Positions 1-8,658 of a DNA stretch of 32,000 nt are shown here, piece after piece. The notes below the pieces were generated by a model, which saw only the letters and a program-made list of their open reading frames with translations, was not told the DNA's origin and did not search any database. The stretch lies in NCBI GenBank assembly GCA_900234795.1, contig LT962688.1:690001-722000 (forward strand), written 5' to 3'. Both the position numbers and the translations under genes were made by a program. The stretch's first letter is position 1. Each line of letters opens with the position of its first letter. This stretch comes from Methylorubrum extorquens. Lineage in GTDB: Bacteria > Pseudomonadota > Alphaproteobacteria > Rhizobiales > Beijerinckiaceae.

Positions 1-277
1 TCACCAGGGTTTCCATGATCGGCCCGACCTTAGACCGGTTCGCGCGCCGTTGCACGCGCAGCAGGCTTCGGCCTCGCCGAGCCAGCGCGTAGGGAGAGGG
101 CGAGGGTCGGAGGCCCGTTTCGCGATCGAGGCTGTGCGATCCCGCCGACATCTCGCCCCTCCACAACCCGGTCTACCCCCCTTGCCGGAACGGTCCTTGC
201 GTCTCGGGCCGAAGGGTGAGAACCGCGTAATTGCCGCCGTCCGACGGTCACCGGCCGCTCACGTCCAGGAACGCTCG

Positions 278-3229
278 ATGCCCCTCGAAGACCCCCGCTC
301 CGGCCCGCCGCAGCCCTCGACGCACACATCCGGGCACCCGACGACGGCCGCGCCCGCACGGCCCGCGGATCGCGATTTGGAAGCCGAGCTTCTCGAACTC
401 GTCGCCCGCACCCGCGAGCAGGCGAGCGAGGACCCGTTCCGCAACCCCGTTCTCGCCGTGACGCTGGCCATTACCCGCCAACTCGACCGGGACGAGATCG
501 GCGAACCGGATCTCGACGCCCTGCTCGCCACCCTGCGGCGGCGGGCGCTGACAGACCGGGCCGAGCGGCTGCGCGCCTATGTCGGCCTCGACGCCGACGC
601 CGCCACGGGGGAGGCGGCGCCCGCGGTTGAGGTCGCGAACCGGCTCGTGGCGGCGGTGGCGCGGGGCTCGGGCGATTTCGAGACGTTCCGCGAGCGCGTC
701 GGCCGCACCGCTTTTGCGGCGGTGTTCACGGCGCATCCGACCTTCGGCATGCCGCGGGCCGTGGCCGCGTTGATCGCGCGGGCCGCCTCGCTCGCCGACG
801 CCGACCGGCGCGCGCCGATCATCGGCGAGGCCGCCGCCCGCTCGACCCGGCCCGATCCGCAAATCAGCCTCGACGACGAGTTCGAGCAGGCCTGCGTCGC
901 CGCCAACCACGGCCGCGCGGCGATCGACGCCTTCAACGGCGCGATCCTCGATGCCGCCCGCGCCCGCTGGCCGGATCGCTGGACCGAGTTGGTGCCCAAG
1001 CCGCTGGCCATCGCGAGCTGGGTCGGCTGCGACACCGACGGTCGCACCGATATCGGCTGGTGGGACACGATGCGCTACCGGCTGATTTCCAAGCGCATGC
1101 AGTTCGACCGGCTGATGCGCGAGCTGCCCAACATCCCCGCCACCCGCGTGGTGCGCGAGCTGACCGCGGGGGCGCGGGACGCCGTCGAGCGTCAGCTCGC
1201 GGGCGCGCCGCTGCTCGGCACCAAGCCCTCGCTGGAGGCGGTCCACCGCTTCGCGCTGGCCCTCATCATCGAGCGCGAGCGGGCGCAGACCGATGCCGGG
1301 CCGATCCTGGCCGGGCTGGCCGCCGCGATCGGCGCCGCAGAGACCGATGCGGACCGCCGCGCCATCGCCGTGCTGCGCTCCGGCATCGCCGCCCACGGCC
1401 TCTCGAACGCCCTGCCGCATTTCCGGCTCAACGCCAGCCAGATCCACAACGCGGTGCGCCGGGTCATTGATCTGGAGGGCGAGCCGACCGACGCGGCGCA
1501 GAGGCGCTCGCACCTCTCGGCAATCAACACGCTGCTCAACGACGTGCGCCCTGTGCCCGTCGATTTCGGGGCGCTCGCGGCCGAGCGCGCCTCGGCCGCG
1601 CGGCTGATGATGACGATCACGCAGATCCTCAAGCATGTCGACGGCACCCACCCGGTGCGCTTCCTCATCGCCGAGACCGAGACCGGCTACACCCTGCTCG
1701 CCGCACTCTGGCTCGCGCGCCATTACGGCATCTCGGACAAGCTCGAAATCACGCCGCTGTTCGAGACCGCGAGCGCGCTCGAACAGGGCATCCGCGTCCT
1801 CGACGACGCCCTGCGCAACCCGCATTGGCGGGCCCACCTCAAGCGGCTCGGCCGGCTCTCGGTACAGTTCGGCTACTCGGATTCCGGGCGCTATGTCGGC
1901 CAGTTGGCCGCGACCTTCTGGATCGAGCGCCTGCGCCTGCGCATCACCGAGCTGATGACGCAGAACGGCCTGTCCGATATCGAACTCGTCATCTTCGACA
2001 CCCACGGCGAATCGATCGGCCGGGGAGCCCACCCGACGAGCCTGCGCGACCGCCTCGCCTATCTCGCGCCGGAGGATGCGCGCCAGCGCAACGCAAAGGC
2101 GGGCATCCGCGAGCGGCTCGAATCGAGCTTCCAGGGCTCGGACGGCTACCTGATGTTCGGTTCGCCCGAACTGGCGGGCGCCTCGGTGGCGCGCATCGCC
2201 GAGCACGTCTTCGCCGACGCGCTGACCGAAGACGATGCCTTCGCCGATTACGCGCTCAACGACCGGGCCGCTGCCCCCACCACGGATCCGATCTACGAGG
2301 AGGCGGATTTTGCCGCCGAGTTCTTCCGCGTCGTCCGCCAGGACATGGAAACCCTGGTCGACGACCGCGGCTACGCGGCACTTCTCGGCACCTTCGGCCC
2401 GAGCCTGATCGACCGCACCGGCTCGCGCCCCGTCGCGCGCCAATCCGACGGCGGCGGACCGGCGGCGATCACCCATCCGCGCCAGATGCGGGCGATCCCC
2501 AACAACGCGATCCTGCAGCAGCTCGGCTATCTCGCGAACTCGCTGCACGGCGTCGGCCGCGCCGCTCACCGGGCGCCGGAGCTGTTCCGGCATATGCGTA
2601 CGAACTCGGTGCGCTTTTCCCGCGCCTTCCGTCTCGTGCAGCACGCCGCCAGCGTCGGCGACCTCGACGTGATGCGCGCCTATATCGACACGCTCGATCC
2701 GGCCGTGTGGCTTGAGCGGGCCCGGCGCACCCGGCGCGACGCCCGGCGCGACGAACTCGTCACCATCGCCGCCGCGCTGGAGCGGCTGAACCTCTCGCCG
2801 GACCTACGCCGCCTGTTCGGACGGCTGACCTGCGACGGGCTCTCGCTCCAGGCGGCGGCGCCGGATCTCGCGACCATGTCGACCCGGCTCGCCCTGCTCC
2901 ACGCGATCCGCCTCGCGCTGATCCACCGGATCTGGTTCCTGGCGGCCCACATTCCGAGCTTCCGCCCGCAGGCCGGGCTGACCCGCGAGGCGCTGCTGGA
3001 GCGCTTCCTGCGCCTCGACATCGACGGCTGCCTGAAGCTGCTCGACGAGATCTATCCGGTGACGCCCGATCCGACGCTCGGCCTGAATTTCGGCGAGCCG
3101 CCGGGCCCGCGCGACGTCGGCACCTACGAGACCGAGCACAACACGCTGTTCGGCCCGATCCGCCGGATGTTCGAGCGGGTGCGGGAGATTTCGGGGATCA
3201 TCCAGCACGAGGTCGGCGCGTTCGGCTGA
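278..3229 (+). CDS. ppc: phosphoenolpyruvate carboxylase family protein (divergent)
   Basis: Long ORF 50..3229. PEPC blocks are readable in the translation: FTAHPTF (TAHPTE-type His motif), FGYSDSGRY (GYSDSxKD block) and FDTHGESIGRGAHP (Gly-rich GRGGxxGRGG loop region). Start placed at ATG 278 (MPLEDP...), preceded by AGGAA. The 76 codons upstream begin at a TTG and are Arg/Pro-rich. Confidence 0.8.
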   Translation: MPLEDPRSGPPQPSTHTSGHPTTAAPARPADRDLEAELLELVARTREQASEDPFRNPVLAVTLAITRQLDRDEIGEPDLDALLATLRRRALTDRAERLRAYVGLDADAATGEAAPAVEVANRLVAAVARGSGDFETFRERVGRTAFAAVFTAHPTFGMPRAVAALIARAASLADADRRAPIIGEAAARSTRPDPQISLDDEFEQACVAANHGRAAIDAFNGAILDAARARWPDRWTELVPKPLAIASWVGCDTDGRTDIGWWDTMRYRLISKRMQFDRLMRELPNIPATRVVRELTAGARDAVERQLAGAPLLGTKPSLEAVHRFALALIIERERAQTDAGPILAGLAAAIGAAETDADRRAIAVLRSGIAAHGLSNALPHFRLNASQIHNAVRRVIDLEGEPTDAAQRRSHLSAINTLLNDVRPVPVDFGALAAERASAARLMMTITQILKHVDGTHPVRFLIAETETGYTLLAALWLARHYGISDKLEITPLFETASALEQGIRVLDDALRNPHWRAHLKRLGRLSVQFGYSDSGRYVGQLAATFWIERLRLRITELMTQNGLSDIELVIFDTHGESIGRGAHPTSLRDRLAYLAPEDARQRNAKAGIRERLESSFQGSDGYLMFGSPELAGASVARIAEHVFADALTEDDAFADYALNDRAAAPTTDPIYEEADFAAEFFRVVRQDMETLVDDRGYAALLGTFGPSLIDRTGSRPVARQSDGGGPAAITHPRQMRAIPNNAILQQLGYLANSLHGVGRAAHRAPELFRHMRTNSVRFSRAFRLVQHAASVGDLDVMRAYIDTLDPAVWLERARRTRRDARRDELVTIAAALERLNLSPDLRRLFGRLTCDGLSLQAAAPDLATMSTRLALLHAIRLALIHRIWFLAAHIPSFRPQAGLTREALLERFLRLDIDGCLKLLDEIYPVTPDPTLGLNFGEPPGPRDVGTYETEHNTLFGPIRRMFERVREISGIIQHEVGAFG

Positions 3230-3253
3230 GGGCGAGAGGCAAGGACCAAAGCA

Positions 3254-3272
3254 AGGGGGCTCGTTGCCCCCT
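3254..3272. terminator. GC-rich hairpin between convergent ppc and the 81-aa gene
   Basis: AGGGGGC-tcgtt-GCCCCCT, a 7-bp stem 25 nt after the ppc stop. No T tract on the plus side. On the minus side it is followed by TTGCTTTGG. Confidence 0.4.
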
Positions 3273-3378
3273 AAAGCCGTATCCGACCTGATTGCGTCAG
3301 GCCGGATACGGCTCTGGATCTTTGTTGTGACGTGCATTCTTTCGACGAACCGGCGACCACTTCGCCGGAATGCGCTCG
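3271..3378 (+). repeat. two-hairpin intergenic repeat, copy A
   Basis: Hairpin 1 at 3276..3312 (GCCGTATCCGACCTGA/TCAGGCCGGATACGGC). A ~20-nt spacer (tctggatctttgttgtgacgt) follows. Hairpin 2 at 3334..3373 (GCATTC..TTCGACGAA / TTCGCCGGAATGC). Near-identical to the reverse complement of 30179..30280 and similar to 4288..4392. Confidence 0.75.
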
Positions 3379-3386
3379 AGCCGGCC

Positions 3387-3632
3387 TCAGTGCTTCATCA
3401 TGCTCTCGAAGCTTTCATGGGGCTCGACCTTGCCGGCGAAGCGCGCGAGCCGGCTCAGGCTCGGCTCGGCGAGGCCCCCGGCATTGGCGTAGGTGGCGAG
3501 CGCGAAGCTCACCAGCAGCTCGGCCTCTTCGTGGGTCATCGCCCGCCCGCTCAGGGTGCTGGCCGCGCCGCGCACCGCCAGGACGGCTTGGCGGAAGGCG
3601 GGGTCGTTCTTCAGTTCGTCCAGGCGACTCAT
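3387..3632 (-). CDS. hypothetical small protein (81 aa)
   Basis: ATG start with GAGGA 6 nt upstream on the minus strand. G/C-rich third positions and a non-repetitive helical-looking sequence (MSRLDELKNDPAFRQAVLAV...). No family recognised. Confidence 0.6.
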   Translation of the reverse strand: MSRLDELKNDPAFRQAVLAVRGAASTLSGRAMTHEEAELLVSFALATYANAGGLAEPSLSRLARFAGKVEPHESFESMMKH

Positions 3633-3978
3633 CGGGCGTCCTCGGGGCCGTACTCGGTGTTGGGTGATCCTGCCGGCCGGGCCGGCCGTGCGGATTCACG
3701 GATGAAACGCGCGCCACCCCGTCCCGTCTCCGGCGGGAGGCAGCCTTCAGCGTGTCTCACGAAACTCTCGGTCATCGACCGTTACTCCATCGGGGATGAC
3801 GGCGAGCCGGGCGTTCTGTGAGAGACACCAAGCGCGGCTTAAGTGAACCATGTCCGAACGCAAACCGCGCTTGGCCGGCAGCGCGGCGCGGTTGTTCCGG
3901 CGCGCACCTCGCCATCAGCGCGGGCAGCGATACATTTTGCCGGCGCGAGGGCTGCGGGTCTTGAGAGGAGGGGGCACC

Positions 3979-4176
3979 ATGGACGGCATCGGCATCGACT
4001 GGGACGAGACCAAGGAGCCCGCCTATCGCGATGGCCGCCGGGCTGGCGAGCGGCGCGAGGAGGCGGAGAGCAACCCGCACACGTCGGGCTCGGACGAGCA
4101 CCGTCTCTGGCAGGCGGGCCACGCCTCGGTGACGGCGCCCGACATCGTCGCCGACAAGATCGGCGATTTCGCCTGA
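3979..4176 (+). CDS. hypothetical small acidic protein (65 aa)
   Basis: ATG 3979 preceded by GAGAGGAGGGGG. The ORF-track start at 3850 adds an Arg-rich extension that lies inside a hairpin loop. No family recognised. Confidence 0.5.
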   Translation: MDGIGIDWDETKEPAYRDGRRAGERREEAESNPHTSGSDEHRLWQAGHASVTAPDIVADKIGDFA

Positions 4177-4287
4177 GGCGCCGCTCCGGAACCTTCACCC
4201 GAGGCTAAGCGTCCCCGTCTCGATCCCTTGCATGATACCTCCGCGAGACCGTCGCGGTCGCAGAATTCAGGATCGGCGACGGGGTGT

Positions 4288-4392
4288 CTTAGAGTCGTAT
4301 CGGGCCTGCCTGCATCTGGGCGGATACGACTCTCAGCCCTTGTTTGACGCGCATTCCTTCGACGAACCGTGACCATTTCGTCGGAATGCGAT
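4288..4392 (+). repeat. two-hairpin intergenic repeat, copy B
   Basis: Hairpin 1 is AGAGTCGTATC...GATACGACTCT (11-bp outer stem). The spacer is cagcccttgtttgacgc. Hairpin 2 is GCATTCCTTCGACGAA-ccgtgaccat-TTCGTCGGAATGC. Same orientation as copy A. Confidence 0.75.
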
Positions 4393-4430
4393 TGAGAATG
4401 CACGCCACCAATCAGGGCGAAGGAGCGGCG

Positions 4431-4775
4431 ATGCGGGTGCTGGAAACGCCGGATGGGCGCTACATCGTCGTGCATGGCCGGCTGTGGCGGCGCCATCGGC
4501 CCGATCTCGAGCCGACGCAGCGCGACCGCTTGGTCCGCGACCTGATGGATGCCCGTCGCGCCGTGCGCGCCGCCAAGCGCTCCAGCGACGAGGCGGCACT
4601 CGTGCGCGCCCGCGCGGCCGTGGATGCGGCCAAGCACGGGCTCGGCGAGCGCGGTCCGGTCTGGTGGACGGACGGTGCACCCGACCTCAATCGGCGCATG
4701 ATCGCCAACACGCCCTATGCCGCGTGGTACACGGCCTTGCCCGCAGCCTTGAGAGCCGAGCACGAGCGTCGGTGA
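4431..4775 (+). CDS. conserved hypothetical protein (114 aa)
   Basis: ATG 4431 preceded by GAAGGAG at 6-nt spacing. Coding-like composition (MRVLETPDGRYIVVHGRLWRRHRPDL...GERGPVWWTDGAPD...). The upstream part of the track ORF (from 4344) is the repeat element read as protein. Confidence 0.65.
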   Translation: MRVLETPDGRYIVVHGRLWRRHRPDLEPTQRDRLVRDLMDARRAVRAAKRSSDEAALVRARAAVDAAKHGLGERGPVWWTDGAPDLNRRMIANTPYAAWYTALPAALRAEHERR

Positions 4776-5192
4776 GCGTCGGGCCGACCGAACCAGCATT
4801 TGCTACAGAGCCCGTGTGCGCGACCGCACAGACGGTTTCAGGCGATCGCCCGGACCCCGGCCGATACCCGCCCCGTGACCCCGATGTGACGGACACAACC
4901 GAGTCGCGCGATTGCCAGAGCATCCCAGTTCTGATTAATTCCAGATAAGAAATGCAGTTGAGGCCGTCCTGCGGCCTCCGCATCGTCGTGGCGCAGCGAA
5001 AACGCTGTGGCCGACGGCAGGCACACCAAGAGCCGGACGGCTTTGCCCGTGAAACCGGTCGCCACGGCACCGCCCCACCAGCCTGTCGGGCTTCGGGCCG
5101 GTCCCGGTACGGCATCCCTGGGGACGGCAGATCGATCTGGCCGCCGGGCGGGCATTCCTTCCGCTCGCGCGCCCTCCATCCTGAAACGGCAG

Positions 5193-5678
5193 ATGACAGC
5201 GATGATAAAACTCACGGTCAACGGAGCCGAACGCAGCTTCGACGGCGATCCCGAGATGCCGTTGCTCTGGTACCTGCGCGACGAACTCGGCCTCACCGGC
5301 ACCAAGTTCGGTTGCGGCATCGCCCAGTGCGGCGCCTGCACGGTCCATCTCGGCGGCACCGCCGCGCGGGCCTGCATCACCCCCGTCTCCGCGGCGGAAG
5401 GCCAGGAGATCACGACGATCGAGGGGCTCTCGCCCGACGGCAACCACCCGGTTCAGGTGGCGTGGCGCGACCTCAACGTCGCCCAGTGCGGCTACTGCCA
5501 GACCGGCCAGATCATGCAGGCGGCGTCCCTCCTCAAGGACAGCCCGAAGCCGACCGATCAGCAGATCGACGAGAACATGAGCGGCAACATCTGCCGCTGC
5601 GGCACATATCCGCGCATCCGCGCCGCGATCCATCAGGCTGCCGGTCAGGCGCCCGCCACCAAGGGAGATCGCCTGTGA
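5193..5678 (+). CDS. (2Fe-2S)-binding small subunit of an IorA/aldehyde-oxidoreductase-type molybdoenzyme
   Basis: Two [2Fe-2S] cysteine clusters: [11 protein letters not shown] and [10 protein letters not shown]...CRCGTY. Size is about 160 aa from ATG 5193 (ATG 5202 is also possible). The longer track ORF from 5007 is Arg/Pro-rich leader sequence. Confidence 0.9.
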   Translation: MTAMIKLTVNGAERSFDGDPEMPLLWYLRDELGLTGTKFGCGIAQCGACTVHLGGTAARACITPVSAAEGQEITTIEGLSPDGNHPVQVAWRDLNVAQCGYCQTGQIMQAASLLKDSPKPTDQQIDENMSGNICRCGTYPRIRAAIHQAAGQAPATKGDRL

Positions 5679-8026
5679 TTCACGAAGCCAAGCTGATGGC
5701 CGAACTCGCCGCCTCGCAGAACGCCGCTGGCCCGGTCCGGATCGACAATGTCAGCCGCCGCGGCATCCTCGGCGGCATGGGCGCCCTGGTGCTCGCCCTC
5801 TCGCTCTCGGACCGTGCCAAGGCCGACGAGGGCCAGACCGAGGAGCAGAAGGCGAAGAAGTTCGGCTCCGACGGCATGCCGAACGGCTGGCGCGACGATC
5901 CGAAGGTCTTCGTCGCCATCGCCAAGGACGGCACCGTCACCGTCACCAACCACCGCTCCGAGATGGGGCAGGGCGTTCGCACCTCGATCGCCTTCACCGT
6001 CGCCGACGAGCTGGAGGCCGATTGGTCGAAGGTGAAGGTGGTCCAGGCCTGGGGTGAGGAGACTCATTTCGGCAACCAGGACACCGATGGCTCGCGCTCG
6101 CTCCGCCACTTCTTCCAGCATTTCCGCCATGCGGGTGCGGCCGCGCGGCTGATGCTGATCCAGGCCGCCGCCAAGCAATGGGGCGTGCCCGCGGGTGAGG
6201 TGAAGGCCGAAAACCACGTCCTGACCCACGCCAAGTCCGGCCGTACGCTCGGCTACGGCGACGTCGCCGAGGCCGCCGCCGCCCTGCCGGTGCCGGCGCG
6301 CGAGAGCGTTCAGCTCAAGAAGCCGGAAGCCTTCCGCTACATCGGCAAGGGCAAGATCGGCCTGATCGACAACCACGACATCACCACCGGCAAGGCGATC
6401 TACGCCCTCGACGTGAAGCTCGACGGCATGCTCTACGCCCTCGTCGCGCGTCCGGCCGTCTATGGCGGCAAGGTCGTCTCGTTCGACGACACCGAGGCCA
6501 AGAAGATCCCGGGCGTCGTCAAGATCCTCAAGATCGAGGGCGGCGAGATCCCGTCCGAGTTCATGCCGCTGGGCGGCATCGCGGTGATCGCCAAGAACAC
6601 CTGGGCGGCGATGAAGGGCCGCGAGGCCCTGAAGATCACCTGGGATGACGGCCCGAACGCGTCCTACGACACCACCGCCTTCCGCAAGGAGCTGGAGAAG
6701 GCCGCCCGCGCGCCGGGCAAGGTCGTGCGGGTCGCGGGCGACGTCGATGGCGCGATGAAGACCGCCAAGGCGAAGTTCGAGGCGGAGTACTTCGTGCCCC
6801 ACCTCGCCCAGGCACCGATGGAGCCGCCGGCCGCGGTCGCCCGCATCAAGGACGGCGCCTGCGAGATCTGGGCCTGCACGCAGGGGCCGCAGGCCGCCCA
6901 TGACCGGGTGGTGAAGCGCCTCAACCTGCCGGCCGACAAGGTGCGGGTGAACGTGACGCTTCTCGGCGGCGGGTTCGGCCGCAAGTCGAAGCCCGACTAC
7001 GTGGTCGAAGCCGCGCTCTGCTCGCAGGCCATGGACGGTCAGCCGGTCAAGCTGGTCTGGACCCGCGAGGACGACATCCAGCACAGCTACTACCACACCA
7101 TCTCGGTCGAGCGGATCGAGGCGGGCGTCGACGAGAAGGGCATGCCGGTGGCGTGGCTTCACCGCTCGGTGGCGCCGACGATCGGCTCGATCTTCGCGCC
7201 CGACCCGAAGCACGAGCTGCCGTTCGAGCTCGGCATGGGCCTCGTCAACAACCCGCTGGCGCTGAAGAACCTGCGGTTCGAGAACCCGGAAGCCTCCGCC
7301 CATACCCGGATCGGCTGGTTCCGCTCGGTCTCCAACATCCCGCACGCCTTCGCGATCCAGTCCTTCGTGGCCGAACTCGCGCATGCCGCGGGCCGCGACC
7401 CGAAGGACTACCTGCTGGAGCTGATCGGCCCCGCCCGGAAGATCGACCCGACCGAGATCGGCGACGTATGGAACTACGGCGAGGATCCGAAGCGCTACCC
7501 TGTCGATACCGGCCGCCTGCGCCGCGTCATCGAGACGGTGGCCGACGGCGCCAAGTGGGGCCGCAAGCTGGAGAAGGGCCGGGGTCTCGGCATCGCCGGC
7601 CACTACAGCTTCGTGACCTACACTGCGGTCGCGGCCGAGGTGGAGGTCGATGACAAGGGCCAGGTGAAGGTCCACGCCATCGACATCGCCGTCGATTGCG
7701 GGCCGCAGGTGAACCCGGAGCGCGTCCGCTCGCAGATGGAGGGCGCGGTGGTCATGGGGATGGGCCTCGCGCTCACCTCGAAGATCACCTTCAAGAACGG
7801 CCGGGCCGAGCAGTCGAACTACGACGGCTACGAGGTTCTGCGCATCGACGCCGCCCCGAAAGTGGTGCGGGTCCATCTCGTGCCGTCCAACAACTACGAC
7901 AGCCCGCTCGGCGGCGTCGGCGAGCCGGGTGTTCCCCCGGTCGCGCCGGCCATCGCCAACGCGGTCTTCGCCGCCACCGGACGCCGGGTGCGCGAGCTGC
8001 CGCTGCGCGACCAGCTCAGCACCTGA
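5675..8026 (+). CDS. molybdopterin-binding large subunit (IorB / xanthine dehydrogenase family), Tat-exported
   Basis: GTG 5675 overlaps the upstream stop (GTGA) and is preceded by AAGGGAG. Twin-arginine signal [19 protein letters not shown]. Typical IorB-family body to the C-terminus. The track ORF from 4952 is an in-frame read-through of the leader. Confidence 0.9.
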   Translation: MIHEAKLMAELAASQNAAGPVRIDNVSRRGILGGMGALVLALSLSDRAKADEGQTEEQKAKKFGSDGMPNGWRDDPKVFVAIAKDGTVTVTNHRSEMGQGVRTSIAFTVADELEADWSKVKVVQAWGEETHFGNQDTDGSRSLRHFFQHFRHAGAAARLMLIQAAAKQWGVPAGEVKAENHVLTHAKSGRTLGYGDVAEAAAALPVPARESVQLKKPEAFRYIGKGKIGLIDNHDITTGKAIYALDVKLDGMLYALVARPAVYGGKVVSFDDTEAKKIPGVVKILKIEGGEIPSEFMPLGGIAVIAKNTWAAMKGREALKITWDDGPNASYDTTAFRKELEKAARAPGKVVRVAGDVDGAMKTAKAKFEAEYFVPHLAQAPMEPPAAVARIKDGACEIWACTQGPQAAHDRVVKRLNLPADKVRVNVTLLGGGFGRKSKPDYVVEAALCSQAMDGQPVKLVWTREDDIQHSYYHTISVERIEAGVDEKGMPVAWLHRSVAPTIGSIFAPDPKHELPFELGMGLVNNPLALKNLRFENPEASAHTRIGWFRSVSNIPHAFAIQSFVAELAHAAGRDPKDYLLELIGPARKIDPTEIGDVWNYGEDPKRYPVDTGRLRRVIETVADGAKWGRKLEKGRGLGIAGHYSFVTYTAVAAEVEVDDKGQVKVHAIDIAVDCGPQVNPERVRSQMEGAVVMGMGLALTSKITFKNGRAEQSNYDGYEVLRIDAAPKVVRVHLVPSNNYDSPLGGVGEPGVPPVAPAIANAVFAATGRRVRELPLRDQLST

Positions 8027-8040
8027 GGTCGCCGGCCGAC

Positions 8041-8066
8041 GCCCTTCCCCTTCGCCGGGGGAGGGC
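8041..8066 (+). terminator. GC-rich hairpin after the oxidoreductase operon
   Basis: GCCCTTCCCC-ttcgcc-GGGGGAGGGC, a 10-bp stem (one G-U pair) starting 15 nt after the stop. No U tract. Confidence 0.45.
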
Positions 8067-8167
8067 GCCGTCCGAAGGTCGAGGGGACGGGGATCGGCGG
8101 AGCCGGCAACTCTCGGACCCCTCCGCGACTTTCACAGGCATCTGTGTTGCACGAGGACCTACGCTTC

Positions 8168-8554
8168 ATGACATCCACCGCCCGCCTCACCCTCGGCCTG
8201 TCGCTGGCCGGAATCCTGCTGGCCGGCCCGGTGCTCGCCTCGCCCTGCTCCGACAAGATCGCCAAACTCGACGGCCGGGCGAAGGCCGAGGCCTCGGATT
8301 CGATCGCCGCCTCGACCGGCAGCAAGACCATCGCGGCTCACCGCGAGGGCGAAGGGCAGACCGGCACCGGCGGCCAGACCGACACGCGCGAGGCGCCCCC
8401 GGAAAAGTCGGCGGAAGCCGGAAAGGGCGGCGATCAAGCCCAGCAGGCCCGGGTGGCCCTGGAAGAGGCCCGCACGGCCGACGGCAAGGGCGACGCCGCG
8501 GCTTGCGAGGCCGCCATCGCCCGCGCGGAAAAGCTCCTCAACGCCAAGCCCTGA
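8168..8554 (+). CDS. secreted hypothetical protein (128 aa)
   Basis: ATG 8168 with GAGGA about 10 nt upstream. N-terminal signal peptide (MTSTARLTLGLSLAGILLAGPVLA). Low-complexity Gly/Thr/Glu middle region and a helical C-terminus. Confidence 0.6.
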   Translation: MTSTARLTLGLSLAGILLAGPVLASPCSDKIAKLDGRAKAEASDSIAASTGSKTIAAHREGEGQTGTGGQTDTREAPPEKSAEAGKGGDQAQQARVALEEARTADGKGDAAACEAAIARAEKLLNAKP

Positions 8555-8557
8555 GCC

Positions 8558-8658
8558 AGCGCATCATTCCGAAAGGTGGTGCCGGCTTTTCGAAAAAATG
8601 ATGCGTAAACAGGAAGCTCGAGCATCGTCCTGGATCCGATATCCAGGATGAACTCGAG
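8558..8658 (-). repeat. two-hairpin intergenic repeat, divergent copy D
   Basis: Starts 3 nt after the stop at 8554. GCATCATTCCGAAA...TTTTCGAAAAAATGATGC corresponds to hairpin 2. CTCGAG..GTCCTGGAT-ccgat-ATCCAGGA..CTCGAG sits in the hairpin 1 position. Same architecture and orientation as copy C, but the sequence has diverged. Confidence 0.5.

Noticed and set aside
1-17. Possible start of a minus-strand gene running off the left edge (the reverse complement reads ATG GAA ACC CTG GTG A...).
   Set aside because: Only five codons are visible, so it cannot be supported.
50-277. N-terminal extension of the PEPC ORF from TTG 50. Similar upstream extensions exist for other ORFs: 4952 for the Mo subunit, 5007 for the Fe-S subunit, 8739 for the kinase, 10338 for the PQQ protein, 14532 for the pump and 28923 for the SDR.
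   Set aside because: The extensions are Arg/Pro-rich, lack an RBS and run through intergenic hairpins or repeats. Internal starts with SD-like sequences give proteins of canonical length.
248-2644. Very long antisense or alternate-frame ORFs. Examples: 248..2644 (-) 798 aa, 5645..7876 (-) 743 aa, 11136..12251 (-), 13789..14763 (-), 22398..23927 (-) 509 aa, 24389..26191 (-) 600 aa, 26228..29482 (-) 1084 aa, 14723..16048 (+), 7696..8601 (+), 30417..31433 (+).
   Set aside because: All lie opposite to or out of frame with genes that have clear family signatures. Their translations are Arg/Ala/Gly/Pro-rich low-complexity strings with no motifs. Stop-codon-poor non-coding frames are expected in DNA this GC-rich.
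4951-5130. Possible Moco riboswitch upstream of the molybdoenzyme operon (a CCUCCG element plus multiple stems).
   Set aside because: I cannot reproduce the Moco motif consensus or its junction by eye. The structure lies more than 60 nt from the RBS, and the motif is not well documented in this lineage as far as I know. It is kept only as a cmsearch suggestion within the leader finding, not called as a feature.
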